DNA of 64,000 nt from a virus, in IMG/VR virus record IMGVR_UViG_3300012922_000001, positions 1-64,000 of that record. One strand, written 5' to 3'. The notes beneath the pieces were generated by a model. It was given only the letters and a program-made list of their open reading frames with translations. It was not told the DNA's origin and searched no databases. Numbering within the stretch: position 1 is the stretch's first letter; every line of letters begins with the position of its first letter. Below are positions 40,182 through 48,610 of the stretch, piece after piece. Both the position numbers and the translations under genes were made by a program.

Positions 40182-42142
40182 GGATAGCTCTCGTCACTTC
40201 TCTCGAAGGCAAGGGGCTCCAAGTCGATGCCGAACTCGTGCAAGGCCTCTTGCAAACGTGGGGGCACGAGGCAGAATTGATTGCCTACGATCAACCGTGG
40301 CCCGGCGGCGAGTTTGATCTTGGAATCTGCTTCGAAGTAGTCGTTCCTAACCTTTTTGCACAGATACCGCGCTGGTTCTGGTTCCCCAACTGCGAATGGC
40401 TCAAGCCGGAGATGGTAAAACCGGCACAGAAGTTCGATTTGATCCTCGCGAAGACGCGCGCGGCCGAAACCTCACTCCTCCAGTCCTTCCCCAACGTGGT
40501 TTACACCGGATTCCTGACGCGAGACCAATATGACGGCACCGTGGCGCGAGAAAAGCGGTTTTTACACATTGGCGGGGCCGGAGGTTACCGGAATACGCCT
40601 GCTGTGATTGCCGCCTGGCGCGAATATCGCTATTGGAACGGAACTGAGGCGGAAAGCGCAGAATTGACGATCGTGAGCCGGTCGACGACGGTCACTTTCG
40701 AGGAAACGCCGGGAATCACGTTCATCAAACGCGCGACCGACGAAGAAATCAAGCGTTTGCAAAATTCTCACCTATTTCACCTCTATCCGAGCGCGGCAGA
40801 GGGCTGGGGGCACGCGCTGCACGAGGCTGAAGGCGTTGGAGCCATTCTTCTGACGGCCGATGCCGCTCCAATGAACGAAATCGACGCTCCATTCTTCATT
40901 CCCGCGACCAAAATCAGGCAGGAGAACCTCGCGACACTCTACAGCGTGAATCCGGCGCATATCCGCGAAGCCGTGCCGAAGATGATGGCGCAGACACAGG
41001 TGGAAATCGAAACTCGGCAGTGGGCGGCACGCGATCGCTTCGAAATGGGCAATGCGGAGTTCACGAAGCTGTTTTGGCCGCTGTTGGCTGCGCCGGTCCC
41101 AACGAGCAAGACGAAGCCATGCAAGTATGGTGATGTCACCTGTCCATGTCAAGATGGAGACCCATGCCACTATGAAGGGGAAAACCCGATGACGCCTCCG
41201 CGCAAGGAAGCGCGCACACAGAAGGCTCGCATCGCCCTACTCGGCAACTTTGGTCCCCCGCACTCGACAGAGAACGATTTAGCGTGGACGCTGCGTGACA
41301 TGGGACATGATCTTCTGAAGTTTCAGGAAAACAAAGTTATGACCGAGCAGATTCTTGAGGACTGCAAGCAATGGGGCGTGGATCTTCTCTGTTTCGTGCA
41401 TACCCACGGCTGGAACACGCCTGGTGTCATGTCGCTGGACGAACTATGGCAGCAGTTGAGACGTCATGGAGTCAAGACGTGTTCTTTTCACCTTGATAAA
41501 TATTGGGGGCTAAACCAGAACGACCATCGCGAAGATTTAATAGGGCGGCACGCCTTCTGGAAAACTGATGCCGTGTTTACTGCCGATGGCGCGGACCATC
41601 CATGGCCGAAGAGATTGGTCAACCACTATTGGCTCCCGCCTGGAGTCGTAGGCCGCGATTGTATTCCGGGACAGTACCGGGATGATCTGGCAGTGGACGT
41701 TGGATTCGTCGGGGCCCGTTCGTATCACCCAGAATATCCCTTCCGCGGAGAACTGATTTCATTTCTGGAGCAAACTTATGGAGATAGGTTCCGTATCTTC
41801 AGTGGTTTTCGCGGACAAGTGCTCAATGATTTGTATGCATCCATGAAAATATGTGTGGGCGATTGTTGTTTTTCTGGAGAGCCTAATTACTGGAGCGACC
41901 GGCTTCCAGAAGCGTGCGGACGCGGAGCATTTTTATTGCATCCACAAATCGAAGGCATGTGTATTCCTACAGCTACATATGTTCCTCGAAGCTTGGACGA
42001 TCTTCGCCAAAAGATAGACTATTATTTGGAACATGATGAGGAACGTGAGTTGATCCGCAAGGCTGCACATAAGCATGTTGCGGAACATGATACTTATCAC
42101 AACCGGATGAAAGCCCTTCTGGAAATTACGGGAGTCTCATGA
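40178..42142 (+). CDS. two-domain glycosyltransferase (GT4-like GT-B core + CgeB/DUF3880-like C-terminal domain)
   Basis: 654 aa with an E-x7-E segment (EGWGHALHE). The C-terminal half (RIALLGNFGPPHSTENDLAWTLRDMGH ... DVGFVGARSY ... YWSDRLPEACGRGAFLL) resembles CgeB-type GTs. Confidence 0.7.
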   Translation: MRIALVTSLEGKGLQVDAELVQGLLQTWGHEAELIAYDQPWPGGEFDLGICFEVVVPNLFAQIPRWFWFPNCEWLKPEMVKPAQKFDLILAKTRAAETSLLQSFPNVVYTGFLTRDQYDGTVAREKRFLHIGGAGGYRNTPAVIAAWREYRYWNGTEAESAELTIVSRSTTVTFEETPGITFIKRATDEEIKRLQNSHLFHLYPSAAEGWGHALHEAEGVGAILLTADAAPMNEIDAPFFIPATKIRQENLATLYSVNPAHIREAVPKMMAQTQVEIETRQWAARDRFEMGNAEFTKLFWPLLAAPVPTSKTKPCKYGDVTCPCQDGDPCHYEGENPMTPPRKEARTQKARIALLGNFGPPHSTENDLAWTLRDMGHDLLKFQENKVMTEQILEDCKQWGVDLLCFVHTHGWNTPGVMSLDELWQQLRRHGVKTCSFHLDKYWGLNQNDHREDLIGRHAFWKTDAVFTADGADHPWPKRLVNHYWLPPGVVGRDCIPGQYRDDLAVDVGFVGARSYHPEYPFRGELISFLEQTYGDRFRIFSGFRGQVLNDLYASMKICVGDCCFSGEPNYWSDRLPEACGRGAFLLHPQIEGMCIPTATYVPRSLDDLRQKIDYYLEHDEERELIRKAAHKHVAEHDTYHNRMKALLEITGVS

Positions 42143-42999
42143 AAACGAACGTGATCTGGTACCCACACGATAGAATCACCTGCTCGGCAGCGACGATGTT
42201 CAACGAGATGCTTGATCTCTACGACGTCAATCACTGCAACGGTTTCGGCAACGTCCCTTTGGATGCTCGCGGAGCCGTCATCGTATTCCACGGCCAACAG
42301 AACGCACAGAAGCCGAACATCGGTGAGCGCCTGACGCGATATTCAAAAGAACTGGACTGGGTGATTTGGGTGTCGATCGGAGATGAAGGATGCGACTTCC
42401 CCTACGGTGACTTTGACCATCGGCGCCAGTATCTCTGGGTCCAGACGCCAAAGCCCGGCAAAGTGGCCGCGGATCGCTACTTAATCGAGGGCTACCATCC
42501 AAATACGCGAGTATTGCTGGCAAGAGTTCAGGATTCGCCGCGGACCTTGGATTGGTTCTTTGCTGGGCAGATTAACCACGAGCGCCGCCAACAGTGCAGC
42601 GATGCTCTCAGGAGCGTTCCTAATGGGCTGCTGATAGGAACTGAAGGATTTATGCAGGGAGTCTCTCAGGAAGAGTATTACGACCGAATGAAGCAAGCCA
42701 AGATCGTTCCGTGCCCAGCCGGGCCTCTGACGCCGGACAGCTTCAGGTTCTGCGAAGCACTTGAGGCCGGCTGCATCCCGATTCTGGACGCCTACAGTCC
42801 AGATCACATCCCTAACTACTGGGATATGGTCATCCCTGGGCATCCGTTCCGAGTAGTCGAAGACTGGAGCATGCTACCGCAGGTGATGGATGAGATTCTC
42901 GCGGACTACAGGCAAAATCTGCGGCGTGCGGAGTACTGGTGGCATTACGAAAAGCTACGCTTTAGGCAGTGGCTGAAGCAGGACATGGATTCCTTATGA
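42139..42999 (+). CDS. exostosin/GT47-like glycosyltransferase candidate
   Basis: 286 aa. KIVPCPAGPLTPDSFRFCEALEAGCIPIL matches the conserved C-terminal exostosin-family block from memory. Confidence 0.5.
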   Translation: MKTNVIWYPHDRITCSAATMFNEMLDLYDVNHCNGFGNVPLDARGAVIVFHGQQNAQKPNIGERLTRYSKELDWVIWVSIGDEGCDFPYGDFDHRRQYLWVQTPKPGKVAADRYLIEGYHPNTRVLLARVQDSPRTLDWFFAGQINHERRQQCSDALRSVPNGLLIGTEGFMQGVSQEEYYDRMKQAKIVPCPAGPLTPDSFRFCEALEAGCIPILDAYSPDHIPNYWDMVIPGHPFRVVEDWSMLPQVMDEILADYRQNLRRAEYWWHYEKLRFRQWLKQDMDSL

Positions 43000-43127
43000 G
43001 AATTTGGATGGCTATCAAGCTACGCGACATGGCGTTCTGGTTGTTGGGTTATAAAAGTTTCGGGGGCGCCAATTATGTCCCTGGCATTGATGACGAGTGT
43101 ATTGTCTTTTATGGACGAAAGAGATGA
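42996..43127 (+). CDS. 43-aa micro-ORF, coupled on both sides
   Basis: ATGA overlaps at both ends. My translation is MRIWMAIKLRDMAFWLLGYKSFGGANYVPGIDDECIVFYGRKR. Confidence 0.35.
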   Translation: MRIWMAIKLRDMAFWLLGYKSFGGANYVPGIDDECIVFYGRKR

Positions 43128-43690
43128 ATCGTCTCTGTGAACTCGCCTTAAAGTACGGCACTGACAAGACCCCATACTGGAACAACTGCACCGGCCACTG
43201 CTACACGCCGTTCTACGAGGACTTGCTGCGCGGGCGGGAGATCAAGAACATCTTGGAGATCGGAATCTGCACTGGCGCTAGCCTGCGCATGTGGGAAGAG
43301 TACTTTCCGGAAGCGAAGATTTGGGGCATTGACATTGATCCGAATGTGCTTTTCGATACGGATCGTATCAAAACGTTTCAGTGTGACGCAGGAGACGAAG
43401 ATGACCTCATGAAATTTGAGGAAAGTGTTGGCTTGGATTGGGCGGACTTTGACTTAGACCTGATCATCGATGACGGATCGCATCTAGTCAAAGATCAAAT
43501 TATTGCTGCGCGCTGGATGATTCCGACTCTGTCGGAGAAGGGCCTATACGTGATCGAAGACGTCCAGCAGGGTACAGAGGAAGAAATCGCGTCCAAGATT
43601 GGATGTCAGCACCACATCGTCTATCCGACGTCGAATGTGGCACCGCATCGGTCGGACGATTGCTTGATCGTCGCTTGGAGAACGGAATGA
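43124..43690 (+). CDS. class I SAM-dependent methyltransferase
   Basis: 188 aa from the ATG at 43124. It has YGTDKT..., motif I ILEIGICTGAS, WGIDID, and LIIDDGSH. Confidence 0.7.
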   Translation: MNRLCELALKYGTDKTPYWNNCTGHCYTPFYEDLLRGREIKNILEIGICTGASLRMWEEYFPEAKIWGIDIDPNVLFDTDRIKTFQCDAGDEDDLMKFEESVGLDWADFDLDLIIDDGSHLVKDQIIAARWMIPTLSEKGLYVIEDVQQGTEEEIASKIGCQHHIVYPTSNVAPHRSDDCLIVAWRTE

Positions 43691-43776
43691 CGGGCGCCGA
43701 TTTGCTGTCAATCGCGATACTAGCTCTGGTTGCTAGTTTGATGTTGTGGCTGTCAGAAAAATCGGAGGATGAATGA
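43687..43776 (+). CDS. 29-aa hydrophobic micro-ORF
   Basis: ATGA overlaps at both ends. Translation is MTGADLLSIAILALVASLMLWLSEKSEDE (one TM-like helix). Confidence 0.3.
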   Translation: MTGADLLSIAILALVASLMLWLSEKSEDE

Positions 43777-44369
43777 ACGAGCCGACGAAGCCCGAAGTCT
43801 GCATTGCTACCTCCACATGCCCGCGTCCGGATCGCTGGCGCTGCTACGACGATCAGGCGACGGAGGTTGAGGTTCTCGACTTCCTCTATGCGCTAGTGGT
43901 CATGCTAAAGCCGGATCGCGTGTTGGAGACAGGTTGCTACTACGGGTATGGAACAGAGCGCTTGGCGCGTGGATGTCGAGATAATGGATTCGGCACAGTT
44001 CTGACCTGCGACGTTGGTTCGGACCCAGTTAATAAAACGATTGCTCGCCTAACCGAGAACGGTTTGATTGCTCACGCAATAGTTTTGCAGTGTACGGGGC
44101 TTGCCTTAATCGAAATGGATATTCCAGGAAATATAGGACTTTCCTTCCTCGATTCCGGTCCCGACGAGAACCGCGTTGACGAACTCCGCGCCGTGTTGCC
44201 GAAGATGACGCCGGGCGGAGTGATTGCTATCCACGACACAGGCATCCACGGATTTTTGCGCGAAAAGTACCTTCCCCCGGCGCTGCGAGAACTCGGCCTG
44301 CAATTCATTTTCTTCGATACACCGAGAGGCATCACCCTCTGCCGCAAGCAGCCGGAGATTTACCCATGA
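43773..44369 (+). CDS. class I SAM-dependent (O-)methyltransferase
   Basis: 198 aa with VLETGCYYGYGTERLA, LSFLDSGPD, and GGVIAIHDT. Confidence 0.7.
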   Translation: MNEPTKPEVCIATSTCPRPDRWRCYDDQATEVEVLDFLYALVVMLKPDRVLETGCYYGYGTERLARGCRDNGFGTVLTCDVGSDPVNKTIARLTENGLIAHAIVLQCTGLALIEMDIPGNIGLSFLDSGPDENRVDELRAVLPKMTPGGVIAIHDTGIHGFLREKYLPPALRELGLQFIFFDTPRGITLCRKQPEIYP

Positions 44370-44545
44370 AGAATGCAGGAATGTTGCTGAATACAGTCGC
44401 TTGGGTCACAGACCGCAAGTCGGTTCTCTACTGGATTGAAAAGGAAATTGACCAACTTCTTGATGGTTCAACCACGGGCTGCTTCATTGTTAAGCTGAAG
44501 GGGCCGATGAGCAGTGATGAAGTAGCGGCAGAGGAAATCACATGA
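44366..44545 (+). CDS. 59-aa hypothetical protein (below the track size cutoff)
   Basis: ATGA overlaps at both ends. Translation is MKNAGMLLNTVAWVTDRKSVLYWIEKEIDQLLDGSTTGCFIVKLKGPMSSDEVAAEEIT. Confidence 0.4.
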   Translation: MKNAGMLLNTVAWVTDRKSVLYWIEKEIDQLLDGSTTGCFIVKLKGPMSSDEVAAEEIT

Positions 44546-45207
44546 TCCCTGTGACCGTGATAATCACCACGTCGCCCCGCCCGAGTCACCCGAGCACGCG
44601 CATCATCGACGAGACGATTGCCAGCGTGCGTGAGCATTTTCCGGATGTGGGAATCGTGATTACCTGCGATGGGCCGATTGAGTACGGTACGCCATACAAT
44701 GATTTTTTCCGTCAAATAGTAACAAGACGCGATCCTGTCTTCGCGTCTCTGGGTGGCCATATTCATCAGAGCGGCATGATGAATATGGCGCTCGATGTCA
44801 TAAAAACCCCATTGATTCTCTATGTCGAGGACGATTGGAGCATCCTGCCAAATATCGAATGGGAGGCCCTAGCCAAGACGATTCTCGATGGAGCGGCCAA
44901 CTACATCCGCCTCTATGCCGCCAAGCGTATCCATCCCTGCCATGAGCCGATGATGCGCGAGCGCCTTTATCTCAATGGCGTGCCCTTCGTGAAGACGGTG
45001 CAATTCTCGGCCAATCCGCACCTGGCTTCGACAAAGTGGTATCGCAAGATCGAAGAGCAACATCTTCGCGGGAAGTGCGATTACATCGAGAACATTTTGC
45101 ACGGCCCAATTGGCGGAGCGCCGTGGGAAGAGTACAAGCTGATGATCTACAACCCGGAATTTGGGGATTTCAATCGTGTTCTACATTTGGACGGAGACCA
45201 ACCGTGA
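44542..45207 (+). CDS. GT-A fold glycosyltransferase-like protein
   Basis: 221 aa. IPVTVIITTSPRPSHPS (Rossmann-like start) and a DxD-like LYVEDDW. Confidence 0.5.
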   Translation: MIPVTVIITTSPRPSHPSTRIIDETIASVREHFPDVGIVITCDGPIEYGTPYNDFFRQIVTRRDPVFASLGGHIHQSGMMNMALDVIKTPLILYVEDDWSILPNIEWEALAKTILDGAANYIRLYAAKRIHPCHEPMMRERLYLNGVPFVKTVQFSANPHLASTKWYRKIEEQHLRGKCDYIENILHGPIGGAPWEEYKLMIYNPEFGDFNRVLHLDGDQP

Positions 45208-45824
45208 GTGATGTAAAAATTGTTGTCCTCAGTCGGTACGCCGACCTGTTCACTGGGTTCTATAACAACGTGAATTTGATGGAGCCGCGCACCGGCAAGC
45301 TGCTCGTTAGAGACGGTGACGAGATTGATTACGACTCCTTGCGCCTATCTGGTGGCTGGGATGTGTGCTTCGGGAAATCTCCATTCGTCTATGCCGCAAA
45401 CGTCAACCACGGCTGGGACGCATACTGGAAATCTGATGTTATCCTCTGCGGCGACGATATCCGGTTCGATGAACCGTTCGTCGAGAAACTTCAGTATGCA
45501 GCCTATTCCGATGAGAAAGTAGGTGTGTCCACAGTGCAGCTCTGGGGGCAGAGCCCCTTCGTTTGTGGATATTTTAAGCGCCACATCATCAACGCAGTCG
45601 GGCCCATGGACGAACGCTTCACCGGTTATGGTAAGGACGACGTTGACTGGTGCCGTCGAATGGAAGACCTGGGCTATGTGACGTTGCCCACGGAGATCAA
45701 GGCCAGGCACTCGGGAGGCACATCATTCGTCCGCCGCGCGAAGGAATTGGGTACGAGCATGGAAGCGCTGTGCAACACAAACAACGAACTCTACGATGAA
45801 AAATGGACACCAAAGACTGTGTAG
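45204..45824 (+). CDS. glycosyltransferase family 2-like protein
   Basis: 206 aa from the GTG at 45204 (GTGA overlap). It has ILCGDDIRF and FTGYGKDDVDWCRRMEDLGY (a GT2/GalT-like C-terminal block). Confidence 0.55.
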   Translation: MSDVKIVVLSRYADLFTGFYNNVNLMEPRTGKLLVRDGDEIDYDSLRLSGGWDVCFGKSPFVYAANVNHGWDAYWKSDVILCGDDIRFDEPFVEKLQYAAYSDEKVGVSTVQLWGQSPFVCGYFKRHIINAVGPMDERFTGYGKDDVDWCRRMEDLGYVTLPTEIKARHSGGTSFVRRAKELGTSMEALCNTNNELYDEKWTPKTV

Positions 45825-45969
45825 CGCCTGCGGGAAGAGGCCGCCAAAGTATCGGCATCTGTGCCTCGATGGGAAGACTCGCCTCAAGTCGCGAGACAAT
45901 CATGATCTCTGCTTGGAATGCTTTCGAGATGAGAAGAATCGGCAACGGGAGGCAGAGTGCGCGAAATGA
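45796..45969 (+). CDS. 57-aa zinc-ribbon protein (below the track size cutoff)
   Basis: My translation is MKNGHQRLCSACGKRPPKYRHLCLDGKTRLKSRDNHDLCLECFRDEKNRQREAECAK. Its stop overlaps the GIY-YIG start (ATGA). Confidence 0.4.
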   Translation: MKNGHQRLCSACGKRPPKYRHLCLDGKTRLKSRDNHDLCLECFRDEKNRQREAECAK

Positions 45970-46697
45970 AGTTTTACACCTATCTCTGGCTGCGTGAAGA
46001 CGGGACGCCCTATTATGTCGGGAAGGGGAAAGATCGACGTGCATTCAAATCTAGGAGAATAGGTGATGCACCTCCTAGGGATCGCATTATCATAGAAGAG
46101 TTTTTCAATGAAGAATCTGCTTTCGAAGCAGAAAAATTCCTGATTTCGTATTACGGTCGTGAAGATATGGGATTGGGGTGTTTATTAAATTTAACGGATG
46201 GTGGTGATGGTATGGACAATCCCTCCGCCGATACTAGAAACAGAATGAGATTAGCTCACGAGGGGAAGTCTCTTTCTCGGGAGCACGTACTACGCGTAGC
46301 TGAAAGCAATAGGGGTAAAAAACGATCAAAAGAATTCTGTGAATTTCAAAGTCGATTGCACAGCGGACAAATAATAAGCGATTCTCATAGGAAGGCAGTA
46401 AGTGAGTCAAATAAGAGACGTGTGGTTTCCGAAGAAACACGTAAGAAAATAAGCCTTGTTCATCTTGGAAATAAGTACATGACGGGCAAGGAATTGTCGG
46501 TTGTAACTAGAACAAAAATGAGCGAATCTCACCGTAAGAGGTTTGATAACGCGAGAGGATGGAAATTTCATAAAGGTAGAAATAAACCATATCAGGCGAT
46601 CATATCTGTAGTGGGAGTCAGCAAAAGCTTGGGTTACTTTTTTAGTGCTAACGATGCCCACGTTGCATATCGAAAGGCGGTCGAATGCGCGAGATAA
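45966..46697 (+). CDS. GIY-YIG homing endonuclease with NUMOD3-like repeats
   Basis: 243 aa. FYTYLWLREDGTPYYVGKG is followed by repeated S-x-x-x-R-x-K-x-S units (SADTRNRMRLAH, SDSHRKAVSES, SEETRKKISLVH, VVTRTKMSESH). It sits in a conspicuously AT-rich pocket. Confidence 0.8.
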   Translation: MKFYTYLWLREDGTPYYVGKGKDRRAFKSRRIGDAPPRDRIIIEEFFNEESAFEAEKFLISYYGREDMGLGCLLNLTDGGDGMDNPSADTRNRMRLAHEGKSLSREHVLRVAESNRGKKRSKEFCEFQSRLHSGQIISDSHRKAVSESNKRRVVSEETRKKISLVHLGNKYMTGKELSVVTRTKMSESHRKRFDNARGWKFHKGRNKPYQAIISVVGVSKSLGYFFSANDAHVAYRKAVECAR

Positions 46698-47593
46698 TAA
46701 TTGTTCCGACTTTTCAGAGGAGCGAATTGTTATATTGCTGTTTAGAGGCTATTAGGCAAGCCGATCCTATTGCGGAGGTGCACGTTTTCCCAGACCGTGG
46801 AACCAAAGAACTCGATGTCTGCAACAAGTTCGGGGCCACTCACCATTTGACTTTTGTCCACGGATACCACGGGAACTCGTTCAATGTCTGCGAGGCCTTG
46901 AAGTGGGCTTCGACTCAGGCTCCGGCGACGGTTTACGTTGTTGAAGACGACGCAATTATCGACAAAACGTTCTTCTCTTGGTGCCGAACGGCCTTAGTGA
47001 AATTCCCACAAGCTTTCGCCGCTTGTGGCTGGAAGTATTCTCCCGATGCCATTATCGGCACGTGGTCTGCGCCGGACATGTTGCTGGCGTGGTATCTATC
47101 GGTCTGCGCAGCCCTTCCGTGGTCATCGGTCCAGAGCATTGCCCAGCACGCCCGACCCGATTACTACGAGAACATGAAGGACTACCTCGACAAGGCCTAT
47201 CCGACTTCAACCAAGCGCGGGACTCAGCATTTTGAGCAGGACGGTCTCTGCTATCGCGTTATGGAATCCGAGTCAAAGCGCTGTGTCTGGCCGCGCCTGC
47301 CACGCGCGACCCACGTTGGCTACCATGGATATCATCAAGGCGGAAAGGCCCTAGAGGGCACGTTTGAAGAGCGCGTGTATCTCACGAAGCTGGCGATCAA
47401 GAAACCGGGAATCCTCGCAACGTTGATGAATGGCGGATCGACTTTGCGCATGGGAAGATGTTCGACTTGTAAGGCGTTGCTCGCGGTCGACCGGCAAGAC
47501 CTGACGGCAATATGCTCTGAATGTTTTCACTCCAAGCATCCCAATCTTGCGGTTACGTCGGATTCTCACTACTATCTTGGCAAGGGAGCCTAA
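46685..47593 (+). CDS. GT-A fold glycosyltransferase-like protein with C-terminal zinc ribbon
   Basis: 302 aa. IIIVPTFQRSELLYCCLEAI, a DxD-like YVVEDDAII, and a C-terminal CSTC ... CSEC. Confidence 0.5.
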   Translation: MREIIIVPTFQRSELLYCCLEAIRQADPIAEVHVFPDRGTKELDVCNKFGATHHLTFVHGYHGNSFNVCEALKWASTQAPATVYVVEDDAIIDKTFFSWCRTALVKFPQAFAACGWKYSPDAIIGTWSAPDMLLAWYLSVCAALPWSSVQSIAQHARPDYYENMKDYLDKAYPTSTKRGTQHFEQDGLCYRVMESESKRCVWPRLPRATHVGYHGYHQGGKALEGTFEERVYLTKLAIKKPGILATLMNGGSTLRMGRCSTCKALLAVDRQDLTAICSECFHSKHPNLAVTSDSHYYLGKGA

Positions 47594-47781
47594 TGGCGAA
47601 ACGCATCGAACTCACTCGCGAAGAGTATCGGAAGAAAACAGGGATCACTCCACAGCCGGATTCAATCGGAGCCATCTTTTGCAACGCGGCCCGCGATCGC
47701 GTATTGATTGAGTTTGTCTTCAAAGATGGCTCTGAAAGAGACGACCTTGAGCGTCTCGGCCGCTTGGTGGACCCGCGATGA
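47593..47781 (+). CDS. hypothetical protein
   Basis: 62 aa from the ATG at 47593 (TAATG overlap). Confidence 0.4.
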   Translation: MAKRIELTREEYRKKTGITPQPDSIGAIFCNAARDRVLIEFVFKDGSERDDLERLGRLVDPR

Positions 47782-48362
47782 ACCTGACTGCGGCACAAGA
47801 CGAAATGCGCTCGCGCGCGGTCGGTAAAGAAGTGCAACTCAATAAAGCAGGACGGCGCTGGGGTGGAGACAAGGGCGGAAGGTATAGGTTGGACATGGAG
47901 CCCTCCGATCCGCTCTACGAGATGCTCCCGGTGCCGGAAAAGATCGAAGAGCTGAAGTGGAAAGCGCCCAAGGCATACGAGATGCCGCTTACCATGCGTA
48001 GCACTGGCATCCAGGAATCGCTGAAGTTGTCCCACTCCACGATCGTGCGCCAGTTTCTTTTGGACGAACGCAAGTCTCAATGCGATCGCCAGGGCCGCAA
48101 CCGATTCTTGCAGCTCCTCATGAGACTGCATGAGATTGGCATGAGTAAGAGTCCGCAGGCTGTAGCGGCAATCAATGCGCTTTTGGATCGCGGCTTCGGA
48201 AAGATTAAGCCGAGCGATGAGGAAATAGAACTGAACAAGAACCGCGGCTACAAGGTAGTCCACATCCACAGCGTGCAGGGGAATATCCCGGTCGAATCCG
48301 ATCAGCCTGCCTTGCCGCCAGCCCCTCAGTTTCTTGAGGCAGAATTTGGAGAGCGAGAATGA
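47778..48362 (+). CDS. terS: terminase small subunit candidate
   Basis: 194 aa immediately upstream of terL. The INALLDRGFGK motif is common in small terminase subunits, from memory. Confidence 0.5.
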   Translation: MNLTAAQDEMRSRAVGKEVQLNKAGRRWGGDKGGRYRLDMEPSDPLYEMLPVPEKIEELKWKAPKAYEMPLTMRSTGIQESLKLSHSTIVRQFLLDERKSQCDRQGRNRFLQLLMRLHEIGMSKSPQAVAAINALLDRGFGKIKPSDEEIELNKNRGYKVVHIHSVQGNIPVESDQPALPPAPQFLEAEFGERE

Positions 48363-48610
48363 GCGGCGGAAGCTATATCGCAACGAAAGACGAACTGAAA
48401 AGTGTTGCTCTGGATACCGAAGCGGGAATGGATGAACTCCGGGCGGCGCACAACAACAATGCGGCTGTCTTGAATCTGCATCGGTTTCTGCTCGAGAAAT
48501 TCATCCCTGCCGGTCTTCTGGAATCTGCGTGCAACGAATGGCACGCCATTCAAATGAAGATGATTGAAGAGGAGCGCGCAAAGGCCAATGGCCCTCACGC
48601 TCAAGCCTAA
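48359..48610 (+). CDS. hypothetical protein
   Basis: Track ORF of 83 aa, lying between terS and terL. Confidence 0.4.
   Translation: MSGGSYIATKDELKSVALDTEAGMDELRAAHNNNAAVLNLHRFLLEKFIPAGLLESACNEWHAIQMKMIEEERAKANGPHAQA

Noticed and set aside
39441-47593. The GT island as a T4-style DNA glucosylation system linked to the adjacent DNA methyltransferase
   Set aside because: No hydroxymethylase, deaminase, kinase or other modified-base synthesis genes are visible. The number and variety of GTs fits oligosaccharide assembly better than single-sugar transfer to DNA. I kept this only as an alternative to exclude experimentally.
47553-48383. 276-aa minus-strand ORF across the terS region
   Set aside because: It is antisense to terS and its neighbours, has R/L-rich composition, and interrupts a uniformly plus-strand coupled array.
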